Source of the DNA: Candidatus Peregrinibacteria bacterium
GTDB taxonomy: Bacteria > Patescibacteriota > Gracilibacteria > Peribacterales > Peribacteraceae
Direction of reading: 5' to 3'
DNA length: 36,663 nucleotides
Assembly (NCBI GenBank): GCA_016866815.1
Contig: VGKZ01000001.1
Location: 1-36,663, forward strand
Shown here in pieces: positions 22,475 to 31,823 of the stretch. The first letter of the stretch is position 1; the number at the start of each line of letters is the position of its first letter. The position numbers and the translations under genes were made by a program. The notes beneath the pieces were generated by a model, which searched no databases, had not been told where the DNA came from, and saw nothing but the letters and a program-made list of their open reading frames with translations.

Positions 22475-23614
22475 ATGAAACTTTTGATGATTTCAGGGGA
22501 CAGATCGATTTTCCAGGGCCGCATGGGCGCTTTCTGGTACACACTGCAGGAGCTTCGCAAGCACTGGGATCGCATTGATGTCATCTGTCCTCACGTATCT
22601 GAATCATCAGTCACAATGTCGGAGTCCGGTCATCGATTCAATGCTCCCGGGGAAAAAGTGGGTGGTGAAGTGTTCTTCCATCCGTCTCCGTATTCACTGT
22701 ACTTCCAGTCTTCCTGGATTTACGAACGTGGCAGGGCACTGATCGCACAGGAAAAGCATGATGTGATGACCGTTCACGAGTATCCGCCCTTCTACAACGG
22801 CAGAGGCGCGAAGCGTCTCAGCAGGAAAACCGGCGTGCCCTATGCCATCGAAGTCCATCACATTGTTGGGCTGCCTCATGCCTCCGGTGTGACCGAAGTA
22901 TTCGGAAGATTATTGAGCTGGCTTGTTCTTCCAGGAGAAGCCCGTGGTGCGGGAGGCGTTCGCGTGGTGAATCATGCAGTGGAGGCAAAGTTGGCATCCT
23001 GGGGGATTCCAAAAAATAAGATTGCCGTTCTGTCTTCGTTCTATCTCGATCGAGAACTTCTGACATTGCAGTGTAAACCGCCTGTTGCCTATGACGTGGC
23101 GTTCTGTGGGCGACTGGTCAGCAACAAGGGGCTTTCGGAAGTTCTGGATGCGCTGGCGCTTGTGAAGAATGCACGCATGATCGTCATCGGCGACGGACCG
23201 CTGCGTGGAGCGATGGAGGCGAAAGTCAAACAGCTCCAACTCGGGAACCGCGTGACGTTCGTCGGTTGGCTGCCTTCGCAGGAGGCGGTCAGCGGTGCCA
23301 TGCAGTCGGCGCGCATGTTCGTCATGTGCAGCAAGAGTGAAGGGGGCCCCCGTGTTGCACTGGAGGCCATGGCCTGCGGTCTGCCGGTCATCGTCACCCG
23401 TGTGGGTGTTATGCCTGAAGTCATCAGAGACGGTGTGAATGGCATCTTCACAACCGGAAAACCCAAGGATCTCGCCGCGAAAATCAGCGGTCTCATGGGC
23501 AACGAGGCGAAGCGCGTCGCTATGGGGAATGAGGCATCCAGAATACTCAATCAATTTGAGCGCCAAACGCTGATCAAATCCTACGCGGATTTCCTTAAGA
23601 AACTCGCCCGATGA
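22475..23614 (+). CDS. GT4 family glycosyltransferase
   Basis: Motifs seen: MKLLMISGD, FCGRLVSNKGL, CSKSEGGPRVALEAMACGLPVIVTRVG. Confidence 0.85.
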   Translation: MKLLMISGDRSIFQGRMGAFWYTLQELRKHWDRIDVICPHVSESSVTMSESGHRFNAPGEKVGGEVFFHPSPYSLYFQSSWIYERGRALIAQEKHDVMTVHEYPPFYNGRGAKRLSRKTGVPYAIEVHHIVGLPHASGVTEVFGRLLSWLVLPGEARGAGGVRVVNHAVEAKLASWGIPKNKIAVLSSFYLDRELLTLQCKPPVAYDVAFCGRLVSNKGLSEVLDALALVKNARMIVIGDGPLRGAMEAKVKQLQLGNRVTFVGWLPSQEAVSGAMQSARMFVMCSKSEGGPRVALEAMACGLPVIVTRVGVMPEVIRDGVNGIFTTGKPKDLAAKISGLMGNEAKRVAMGNEASRILNQFERQTLIKSYADFLKKLAR

Positions 23615-24618
23615 AACTCCTCATCGTCACGCAGAAGGTGGACAACCAGGATCCCATTCTTGGATTTTTCTGCGGATGGATCGCAGAATTTGCGCAATCA
23701 GTGCCTGTGACTGTCATAGCGCAGTCAGTCGGTCAGCACACTCTTCCGCCGTCGGTGAATGTCTTGAGTCTCGGCAAGGAATCCGGCGCGACAAAACTGC
23801 AACAGATAGCACGCTTCTGGAGTCGTATCTGGGCGGAACGGTTGCAGTATGATCGCGTGTTCGTACACATGACTCCGATTTGGGTGATCCTCGGTGCGCC
23901 GGTATGGGTGTTGCTCCGCAAGCGCGTACATCTGTGGTATGAGATCAAGCGGGGGAGTGTGAAGTTTGCCATTGCGAAGAGGTTCGCTTGCACAGTGTTC
24001 GCTGCAACGTCTCATGGGGTGCCCGGCCACGTCAGTAACCTTCGCGTTGTCGGTCATGGTATCGATACCGTTGTCTTTCATCCCGATGCTGCAAAACGTG
24101 ATCCGAATCTGATTGTAGCTGTCGGCCGCATCACGCAGGTGAAGCGTTACGATGTGATTCTCGATGCATTTGCCGGACTTCCTTCATCGTGCCGCCTAAA
24201 GATCGCCGGTGACACCATTACGCACGCGGATCATGACGAATATGCGCGGTTGCTGAAGCGCATTGCTGCGCGATGGTTGACCGGACGCGTCGAAACCGGA
24301 TGGGTCTCTCCTGATCGCATGCCGGAACTTCTGCAGCGCGCCACACTGATGCTTCACGCCTCGGAGGGGGGACTCGATAAAGTTGTATTGCAGTCCATGG
24401 CATGCGGTTGCCCGGTTGTGTCCGTGAGTGAAGCCGCTCAATCCGTCCTGCCAGAGTCATGCCGCGCGACGGCTGACACTCTTGCTATGCAGGCTGCGAA
24501 GATTCTCGCGCTATCGGAGGCAGAGAGGCAGAAGTTGGAAAAAGAGCTTTGCTCCGTGGTCCTCCGCGATCATGATCTCAGACGTTGTATCGCAAGTATG
24601 ATCGCGTACATGCAATGA
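23611..24618 (+). CDS. GT1/GT4-like glycosyltransferase
   Basis: There is an ATGA overlap. Motifs seen: MKLLIVTQKVDNQDPILGFF, AVGRITQVKRYD, LHASEGGLDKVVLQSMACGCPVV. Confidence 0.75.
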   Translation: MKLLIVTQKVDNQDPILGFFCGWIAEFAQSVPVTVIAQSVGQHTLPPSVNVLSLGKESGATKLQQIARFWSRIWAERLQYDRVFVHMTPIWVILGAPVWVLLRKRVHLWYEIKRGSVKFAIAKRFACTVFAATSHGVPGHVSNLRVVGHGIDTVVFHPDAAKRDPNLIVAVGRITQVKRYDVILDAFAGLPSSCRLKIAGDTITHADHDEYARLLKRIAARWLTGRVETGWVSPDRMPELLQRATLMLHASEGGLDKVVLQSMACGCPVVSVSEAAQSVLPESCRATADTLAMQAAKILALSEAERQKLEKELCSVVLRDHDLRRCIASMIAYMQ

Positions 24619-25325
24619 ATTCACCGAGACTCTCCATCGTTGTGCCCGTGTACAATGAAGAGCGAACGCTCCGGGAGATCATTGCACGTGTACTGAAGGC
24701 ATGCGGGGAATTTTCTGAGGTGATCTTTGTTGATGATGGTTCGAGTGATGCTTCCCTCGGCATCTTGAAAGAGCTCGCACGGCCGCAGGATACAGTCCTT
24801 ACGAAGCAGAACGGCGGTAAAGGTTCCGCGGTGCGCAAAGGATATGAAGTGACCAAAGGAAAGTACGTGATCGTGCAGGATGCTGATTTGGAGTACAGCC
24901 CCGAGGAGATCCCTGCGCTTCTTGCCTATGCCGAGCAGAACGGTGTGCAGGCGCTCTTCGGATCGCGGAGACTCAAGCGTCAGAAGCAGTTTGTACATAT
25001 CGGGCACTTCATCGGCGGTACACTGCTGACGCACATCTGCAATTTGCTCTACGGCAGCCGTCTCACGGACCAGCCGACCTGCTACAAGATGGTGCGGGGT
25101 GACCTTCTGAAGACATTGCCGCTCCGGGAGAGCGATTTCCGGTTTGATCCGGAGCTGACAGTCATGCTTTTACGGCGCAGGGTGCACATTCACGAACAGC
25201 CGATCAGCTATCATCCCCGTTCCATGGAAGAAGGGAAGAAGATCAACTGGCGCGACTGGTTCAAATGGGTGTGGGTGTTTGTGACGCTGCGTTTTCAGCC
25301 TGTGTCCGCGTTCTTTAAGCGCTAA
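24615..25325 (+). CDS. GT2 glycosyltransferase, polyprenyl-phosphate sugar synthase-like
   Basis: There is an ATGA overlap. Motifs seen: LSIVVPVYNEERTL, VIFVDDGSSDAS, VQDADLEYSPEEIPALL. Confidence 0.88.
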   Translation: MNSPRLSIVVPVYNEERTLREIIARVLKACGEFSEVIFVDDGSSDASLGILKELARPQDTVLTKQNGGKGSAVRKGYEVTKGKYVIVQDADLEYSPEEIPALLAYAEQNGVQALFGSRRLKRQKQFVHIGHFIGGTLLTHICNLLYGSRLTDQPTCYKMVRGDLLKTLPLRESDFRFDPELTVMLLRRRVHIHEQPISYHPRSMEEGKKINWRDWFKWVWVFVTLRFQPVSAFFKR

Positions 25326-25378
25326 TCACAAGGTTCTCTGTACAGGTCGTTCTCGTGTTAAGATGACATAGACGATCT

Positions 25379-26785
25379 ATGACGTTTTTGTCCTTCATTC
25401 AGACTCGGCGCGGCGCATGGTATTTCTTCATTGCGGTGTTTCTTGTTCTTGTGCTCCTTTGGCTCCCGGGAGTGAAATATCCGGTTCTGAGTGATACCGC
25501 GATCTACGCATTTCTCGGTGACAGTCTCTGGAAAGATTTACGTTATGAGCTTCTCGATGTGTCGTATTCCAAGCACTTGCCATTCCACGCATTTACTTCA
25601 CATCCGCTCGTAGAGATCTTCGGATACACCATGGGCATGAAGCTTGCGACGCTCTTCGCGGGATTCGGCGTCCTCACTCTCACCTATATCGTATTGAGAA
25701 AGACCATGCCGAGAGGAGTCGCGGAGGGCGCAGTGCTTTTACTGCTCTTTCAACATGCATTTGTTCTCATGATCCAGCTGGGTTCTGCAGATTTGCTCTT
25801 CACGGCGCTCTTCCTTCTTGCGGTGTACGGATACGTTCGCGCAGATGAAGATGAACGATGGTATGCGGTTGCATTCATTGCAGCGGGATGCGCAACACTG
25901 ACCCGTTATAACGGTGCGCCGCTCTTTATTCTCTTCCTCGGTCACACGTTCTTCCGTCGCCGGTCCGATTTCACTCTTCCGATCTACTGGGCAAGTGCGA
26001 TTGCCGGTGGATTGATTTTTGGTTTGTGGTTGATACGGAATGCATATGTTTTCGGCAATCCACTCCATACCGATTACACGGGGGAATACGCCGATCACAC
26101 ACCGAATGTACTACAGCAGATTGTTTCCAACACACTCTATTACCTCCATCCGCTGCATAATTTCCTTCCGCTGTTTCTGACCACAGCTCTGTACGGTCTC
26201 TGGAAACATGCACGCGAACAGTGGTTCCTCATCGCGGCTATGCTTGCCGCATGGGTGATGACATCCTTCTGGTGGATGCAGGCGATGCGCTTTGCGTTTC
26301 CCGGCTTCCCCATTCTTGCCGGATTTGCCGTGTGGGGCTTCTTGGATCTCTGGAAGCGCATCGTCGCTTTCACAGCTCCAGGCTTCCGGCATTGGCTGCT
26401 CCCCACACTAATGACTGTGATCATCGCCATGCATGGCGGTGCTCTCTGTCTGTATGCCTACGGTGAATGCAATGCGGCATTCGACCGGTATGTCGGGGTG
26501 ATTCCGAAGGATCTGGGGCTCACGCCGGAAGGGTTCTACGCATGGCATGAAGCCCGTCAGTACATGAGGAGCAATCTTCCTGACCGGGCAACGGTCTACG
26601 CGACAGATACATTTTCGGAAATCATCTGGCGCAAAGATCATGCGTTGCGTCCGGACATCCGGATTGTCAGCGACTACGTTTGCGGCAGTTACCGCTTCAC
26701 GCAGCGGCCGGATGCGGGCGAAACCGTCCTCTTTACATCGATTGCCGAACCGAAAACATCGGTGGCGGTTGCAACGTGCGAATGA
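25379..26785 (+). CDS. polytopic membrane protein, ArnT/PMT-like GT-C glycosyltransferase
   Basis: 468 aa with about 11 TM segments. The first loop reads YPVLSDTAIYAFLGDSLW. It lies directly downstream of a GT2 gene. Confidence 0.72.
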   Translation: MTFLSFIQTRRGAWYFFIAVFLVLVLLWLPGVKYPVLSDTAIYAFLGDSLWKDLRYELLDVSYSKHLPFHAFTSHPLVEIFGYTMGMKLATLFAGFGVLTLTYIVLRKTMPRGVAEGAVLLLLFQHAFVLMIQLGSADLLFTALFLLAVYGYVRADEDERWYAVAFIAAGCATLTRYNGAPLFILFLGHTFFRRRSDFTLPIYWASAIAGGLIFGLWLIRNAYVFGNPLHTDYTGEYADHTPNVLQQIVSNTLYYLHPLHNFLPLFLTTALYGLWKHAREQWFLIAAMLAAWVMTSFWWMQAMRFAFPGFPILAGFAVWGFLDLWKRIVAFTAPGFRHWLLPTLMTVIIAMHGGALCLYAYGECNAAFDRYVGVIPKDLGLTPEGFYAWHEARQYMRSNLPDRATVYATDTFSEIIWRKDHALRPDIRIVSDYVCGSYRFTQRPDAGETVLFTSIAEPKTSVAVATCE

Positions 26786-26827
26786 TGACACATCGGACTT
26801 GAGAGTTCAGATGTGAGTGCGCATATC

Positions 26828-28033
26828 TCACAACGCCCTTTTCAGTTTCTCGCTCACTTCATCCACTTTCGAAAACGTGTTTCCGGTTCTCAGAAGCCGT
26901 TCTTTCATTGCACGGATTCTCAGTAACTCTTCGTGCGAAAGCATGGAGCGGAGTACGTATGGCGCGCCAGCGATTTTTTCATGCATTTCGAGAATATCAC
27001 TCAATGCAAGGAGGCCTGCGAGGATCGTGAAGAGCGTCGTGCCCTGCCATGCCTTGTCAGGCGGTGACAGAAGGTAATCGCGGAGTTGTTCCGGTGTTGT
27101 GAAGTACCAGAGCAGCATCACAGCACTACTCATGCCGGAATATCCGATGACAGAGTTTTCCCTCTCGTCTGCCGGAACAATGGCGCAGCGATATCCTTTC
27201 TTCAGGAGGGTTTCGTTTGCCTTGTCGAAGGTATCGAAGCGTGTCAGTGGCTTTCCGATGAGCGATACGTGCGTATTCCCGTCACCCGGACGCAATGAGA
27301 GATGTTCTTTTTCCACAACGATTTTCCGATTGATGGCGAGGCAATAACTCGCACTCGGTTCATACTGTTTGCCGTCAATTTCAAAATGCCACCAGGAACG
27401 GGGGCGGAACGACAACGTTGCAGTATTGGGCTTTCCGAGTTCCTGCTTCACTCGGTCGATTGCAGACGGGCTGATGAGAAACATGTCATCGTCGCAGATC
27501 CAGCCAATGTCGCGGTGTGTTGCGATTGTGCGCAGGAATTCATCCGATTTCGTTGCGGCGTAGAGGTTCAGGAATTTCTGGACGCGTGCACCGGGAAAAT
27601 CTTCCTTCTTCAGTTTTCCCGAGCAATCAAAGATGACAATATCCGCCGCATTCCCAAGGTTTTTCCGAGCAAGGTGATGCCATACCGTCATCATGGGCGG
27701 CATGATGTTCATGGTGAAGAGTGCGGGTTTGTCGGAGGGCGGCAACGGATTCCTTTTCAGATAGTGCAGCGCTGTTTCCAGTCCTGTTCGCGGAGCTGTC
27801 AGCAACGAAAACCGCCTGAAGACGTAGGGGATGAGTCCGTAGTAGGTCACCGGGGAATGATACGTTCGGGGTGCCTGTGGCACCAGCAAACGCGCATCGA
27901 AAACCGAATACTTCGTTATTTCCCATCTCTCGGCATCCAGTACACTGTCGGCATGTCCTATCGTTTTACCCTCGCTGTTGTTCTGTGGTGCGTTATCCTT
28001 GCCATTCTCATGGAAATGCCGCACCTCCTGCAT
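26828..28033 (-). CDS. hypothetical protein with a GT-A-like DxD region (putative glycosyltransferase); start uncertain
   Basis: Motifs seen: IVIFDCSGKLKKEDFPG...IGWICDDDMFLISPSAIDRV. The track start at 28159 overlaps the better-supported + strand gene that begins at 27953. Alternative starts are ATG 28033 and TTG 27889. Confidence 0.55.
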   Translation of the reverse strand: MQEVRHFHENGKDNAPQNNSEGKTIGHADSVLDAERWEITKYSVFDARLLVPQAPRTYHSPVTYYGLIPYVFRRFSLLTAPRTGLETALHYLKRNPLPPSDKPALFTMNIMPPMMTVWHHLARKNLGNAADIVIFDCSGKLKKEDFPGARVQKFLNLYAATKSDEFLRTIATHRDIGWICDDDMFLISPSAIDRVKQELGKPNTATLSFRPRSWWHFEIDGKQYEPSASYCLAINRKIVVEKEHLSLRPGDGNTHVSLIGKPLTRFDTFDKANETLLKKGYRCAIVPADERENSVIGYSGMSSAVMLLWYFTTPEQLRDYLLSPPDKAWQGTTLFTILAGLLALSDILEMHEKIAGAPYVLRSMLSHEELLRIRAMKERLLRTGNTFSKVDEVSEKLKRAL

Positions 28034-29680
28034 GTATGGGACCCACGGTACCAAGGTGTCGTCATGCCCCACAATTCCGACGAGGCTGTGTACCTGGCGC
28101 GCGTGGAGGAGGCGTTGAACGGTCGGCCGGAACAATCCGCCGAAGCATTTGTAGGTCATCCGGGCCTCGTCGGTACGCAGTTTGCCCTGATCGAAATGGC
28201 TGAGGGCACGTTGTTTCGATGGACAGGCTTACGCGCCGCGGAGGTCTTTGTCATTTTGGATAGTGTCATACCGGTATTGGTATTTCTCAGTTTGCTCTTC
28301 TTTCTGCGGCTTGCAGGGTTCAGACGTTGGCATGCGTTTGCCGGTGCAGTTGTATTCTGCGTCATCGAACTCTACAGCCTGAACAGACCGGTGCATATGC
28401 GGGAGAGCTTCCTCCTCATGATGCTCGCGCTCATCGCAGTGACATGGGCGATGCGTTTGTTTGAGAGGAGAAGTCCGCACGTCTGGTGGAGCGTTGCAGC
28501 CGGCGCAGGACTTCTTGGTCTTCTCGTCGGCGTGTACTTCTGGAGTTTCTCGTTCGCATGGCTGTGGTGGGGCATATTCCTTCTCTTTGAATTCAGTGAG
28601 TGGGCATACGGGAACTATCACACACACAGACATCGTCCGTCCCGAATCATTCGCTGTTTGTGTGCAGCAGGTTCTGTGTTCTGGCATTTCCGTCCGAGAA
28701 AACCAAGCATGCAATTTGAACGTTGGCACATTCTCGCATTCATCGGTGTAGCAGGCGTACTGGCGGCACTTCCGTTTATCGCACAGCATCTGCAGATGTC
28801 GTTTCATCCCCTGTACGATCAAGGTGTATTTCGCAGCGGCATGCGCCCTTCGCGGCTGCCGGAGTCCTGGCCGTACAGCATTCTTTTCTGCGTGATGGCA
28901 GTGACGGCACTCGCGGCTTCACTGCGTGATCCGGAGGCAATGCGACCCTACCGGCCGGCGGTTGTCACGGTGATGACGGCGTTTCTCTTCATGAATCAAC
29001 AGGTGGTGCACGGCGTCGTCTTCAATTTCGTCTCCCATTCGATTTTTTCCCTTTCTCTGGCAGCAGTCTGCAGCGTTCTGCTCGCTGTGACACTCCGAAA
29101 GAAATTGCTCATGGCCGGAGCAGTTGCCGCGTGCATCTATCTTGCAGCGATCGGGTATGACGGCCGATATGTGCTCGGTCAGTGGCAAGTCCGTGATTCC
29201 GATTTTGCTGACCAGCACCTGGCGGGATTGCTTCCTTTCCTCGATGCAATGCCGCGGTCCAGGATTTTGTCCGATCAGGATACTTCCTCATTCATCGCAG
29301 CGTTTTCCAAGCATGACATTGTCTTTTCCACGTATCTGAAAAACGTTCTGGTCACGCATGAAGAACTGACGAACAGGTTCTGCTTGCTCATGCTGCCCAT
29401 TGCTCCGGACAAGCGCGCCATTCATGAGCGCCAACACCTGATTTTCCCCGATGCCAGTGCTGCGTTCGGTCCTGAAGTGCGTAAGGAAGAGGAACGTATC
29501 GTGGAGGAGCGTTGTCGTGCAGCCGACCTGGATGCCGCACGTATGCTGAAGACGTACGAAGTCGGGTTTGTCCTCTGGAATACTGCCGCCGAACCTACAT
29601 GGGATTTGCGACGGTTGCAGGTTCCTCTGACGGAACTCGCCAGAGGGGATGGCTGGATTCTTTTCCGCATCATCGAATAA
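27953..29680 (+). CDS. polytopic membrane protein (third GT-C-like or polymerase-like protein)
   Basis: It starts MSYRFTLAVVLWCVILAILMEMPHLL...NSDEAVYLARVEEALNGR and then has more than 10 TM segments. The part of the track ORF upstream of 27953 is antisense to the 26828 gene. Confidence 0.7.
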   Translation: MSYRFTLAVVLWCVILAILMEMPHLLHVWDPRYQGVVMPHNSDEAVYLARVEEALNGRPEQSAEAFVGHPGLVGTQFALIEMAEGTLFRWTGLRAAEVFVILDSVIPVLVFLSLLFFLRLAGFRRWHAFAGAVVFCVIELYSLNRPVHMRESFLLMMLALIAVTWAMRLFERRSPHVWWSVAAGAGLLGLLVGVYFWSFSFAWLWWGIFLLFEFSEWAYGNYHTHRHRPSRIIRCLCAAGSVFWHFRPRKPSMQFERWHILAFIGVAGVLAALPFIAQHLQMSFHPLYDQGVFRSGMRPSRLPESWPYSILFCVMAVTALAASLRDPEAMRPYRPAVVTVMTAFLFMNQQVVHGVVFNFVSHSIFSLSLAAVCSVLLAVTLRKKLLMAGAVAACIYLAAIGYDGRYVLGQWQVRDSDFADQHLAGLLPFLDAMPRSRILSDQDTSSFIAAFSKHDIVFSTYLKNVLVTHEELTNRFCLLMLPIAPDKRAIHERQHLIFPDASAAFGPEVRKEEERIVEERCRAADLDAARMLKTYEVGFVLWNTAAEPTWDLRRLQVPLTELARGDGWILFRIIE

Positions 29681-29682
29681 TC

Positions 29683-30720
29683 ATGTTGCGTGTTTTCACC
29701 ACTGTGCTGCCCGATGTGCCCTATATCCCGTTGCTGTACCCGAATCTAGGCATACAACAGCGCGATTCCATCCTTTTTCTGAATAATGCGTTCGCCGGCA
29801 TGAAGGATAAGATGGTGGAGATCGTGGACCGGGTGGAGGATGCCGATTGCGTTCTCCTCGCACACAACTGGCCTTCACTGAAAGGGCATCGTGGCTTTGT
29901 CCATGCCCAGGCGAAGCTCGCTGCGGATCATCGGAAGCACCTGATCGTGTTCTGGCACGGTGACAGCGATGCCCCCGTCGATATTCCCGGTGCCATCGTC
30001 TTTCGCACATCCCTCTATCGGTACTGTACGCGCGCCAATGAAATCGCCATGCCCGCCTATGGTGAAGATCTTCTCGGTTCAGATACGCTGACACTCCGGG
30101 AGAAGCATGCCGGTCCTCCCGTTGTTGGTTTTTGCGGATGGGCGAAGTACAAAAATACGAAAAACATGTTTGGGACATTGGCACTGAACAGTCTCGTCCG
30201 TTTCGGGTCTGTCATGGGTCCCGAAGGGATGCTTGCGCATCGAAAGGGTTTGAGTTTTCGCAGGGAAGCGATTGCGGTTCTCGGTACTAGTGATGCGGTG
30301 AAGTGTGCTTTCCTCCTCCGATCGAGTTATTCCGGTCACAGCAAGACCATTGGCATGGATCCGGAGAACGCGCGCAGGGAGTACAGAGAAAATCTCCTTG
30401 GCAGCGATCTTGCGCTATGCGTCAAAGGCGACGGAAATTACAGTTATCGCTTCTATGAGGCTCTCAGTCTCGGCCGCATTCCATTACTCATCGATACACA
30501 GTGTGTTCTGCCGCTCGAAGAGACGATCGATTACCGCTCGTTCGTGCTCCGTGTGGATTACCGCGAGCTCGAGAGGCTTCCGGATATCATTGAGCGATGG
30601 TGGAACGAGATCAGACCGGATGAATTCACTGCTATGCAGAAGAAAGCGCGCGAAGCGTACGAGAAGTATCTGCGTGTCGACGCATTTTTGAGGTTTGTCG
30701 TACACCAGCTCGGCAGTTAA
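29683..30720 (+). CDS. exostosin (GT47)-like glycosyltransferase
   Basis: The exostosin-type C-terminal motif is LALCVKGDGNYSYRFYEALSLGRIPLLIDTQCVLPLEETIDYRSFVLRV. ATG 29683 lies 3 nt after the upstream stop. Confidence 0.78.
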   Translation: MLRVFTTVLPDVPYIPLLYPNLGIQQRDSILFLNNAFAGMKDKMVEIVDRVEDADCVLLAHNWPSLKGHRGFVHAQAKLAADHRKHLIVFWHGDSDAPVDIPGAIVFRTSLYRYCTRANEIAMPAYGEDLLGSDTLTLREKHAGPPVVGFCGWAKYKNTKNMFGTLALNSLVRFGSVMGPEGMLAHRKGLSFRREAIAVLGTSDAVKCAFLLRSSYSGHSKTIGMDPENARREYRENLLGSDLALCVKGDGNYSYRFYEALSLGRIPLLIDTQCVLPLEETIDYRSFVLRVDYRELERLPDIIERWWNEIRPDEFTAMQKKAREAYEKYLRVDAFLRFVVHQLGS

Positions 30721-31709
30721 CGCGCTTTCACCTCTACAATTTTTCTGGCGAGATCACTCCCATCTCCCTCTCTACACAGAAACACTTCTCTTCCATCCGT
30801 ACATCGCTCAGTGATGGCGTCATTCTTCGCGGTGATGACGGGAATACCGCAAGCGACGGCGTCGAATACTTTATGCGCGATGACGCGTCGCGCTTTACCC
30901 GAGGTGCCGAAGGTGCCGAGCGCGATATCCGCCGATCGGAGGTATTTCGGGAGCTCAGTGAGTGGCTGGAAGGGGAGTAATGTGACATTTCCCAGCTTCT
31001 TTTGTTCAATGAGTGTCTCGATCATCGGTTTCGTCTGGCCGCCGCCGATGAGCGTGAAGTGAATATCGGGATGTGTTTTTTCAAGCACTTCAGCTGCATG
31101 GACTATATGTTCCACTCCCTGCAGCGGGATGAAACTGCCGATGAAGAGTACATTGAATTTCCCTTTCTGTAAGAGGCTTTCCCGTGGCCCTGGCGTGAAG
31201 AGGTCCTCGCGGGTTCCGACGTACAACACGCGGATGCGTTTCGGGTTCAGGAAGAATCTTCGGACGAAAAATTGCTTGTGTGCTTCCGTATCAATCAGGA
31301 TTTCATCCGCCATATGACAGAGAACGATGTCGGCAAGGTACAGCAGCCATGACACAGGATTGATCCAGGAGAATTTCCTGCGATCGCTGACGAGCGTGTC
31401 ACTCATGGAGACGAATGCATCAAAGATCAGCTTTCTGCGGGGAAATCGGGTCAGAGCCCATGCCAGCGGCATGATGATGAAGCCGGGGAAGGTGACGAGG
31501 ACAACGGGGTGTAGGGGGTAGGGCGTAGGGGGTAGGGTGCGTATTTTTTGAATGAGCTCACGGTATTTGGCGAAAAGACCCTTTGCGATTGTATGACAAT
31601 CAACGATGGTAAAACCTTCGTTTGCGTATGTCTTGCACACGTTCACGTACCGCGGGGATTCATGGCTATGGAAGCCTATGGTGATCAGAGTGCTCTGCAC
31701 GTAGCGCAT
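30717..31709 (-). CDS. GT1/GT4-like glycosyltransferase
   Basis: Motifs seen: FNVLFIGSFIPLQGVEHIV, RVIAHKVFDAVACGIPVITAKND. Confidence 0.78.
   Translation of the reverse strand: MRYVQSTLITIGFHSHESPRYVNVCKTYANEGFTIVDCHTIAKGLFAKYRELIQKIRTLPPTPYPLHPVVLVTFPGFIIMPLAWALTRFPRRKLIFDAFVSMSDTLVSDRRKFSWINPVSWLLYLADIVLCHMADEILIDTEAHKQFFVRRFFLNPKRIRVLYVGTREDLFTPGPRESLLQKGKFNVLFIGSFIPLQGVEHIVHAAEVLEKTHPDIHFTLIGGGQTKPMIETLIEQKKLGNVTLLPFQPLTELPKYLRSADIALGTFGTSGKARRVIAHKVFDAVACGIPVITAKNDAITERCTDGREVFLCREGDGSDLARKIVEVKAR
31504..31538. repeat. G-rich heptamer array ACGGGGT GTAGGGG GTAGGGC GTAGGGG GTAGGGT (+ strand; antisense to the gene)
   Basis: It is translated on the minus strand as TLPPTPYPLHPV. Confidence 0.85.
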
Positions 31710-31733
31710 TGTACGGGAAATACGGAATGCTCT

Positions 31734-31817
31734 GTAAGCTAAAAGCTATAAGCTGTAAGCTAAAAGCTATAAGCTATAAGCTGTAAGCTAAACGCTATAA
31801 GCTGCAAGCTCAAAGCT
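31734..31817. repeat. 12 x NNAAGCT heptamer array with a 21-bp higher-order unit (GTAAGCT AAAAGCT ATAAGCT, two perfect copies then variants)
   Basis: Read directly. It occupies most of the divergent intergenic region 31710-31823. Confidence 0.9.
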
Positions 31818-31823
31818 TTTCCC

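Noticed and set aside
26786-26827. Bidirectional terminator between the converging GT-C gene and the 26828 gene
   Set aside because: There is only a 6-bp stem (CACATC/GATGTG) with a 15-nt loop, which is too weak to call.
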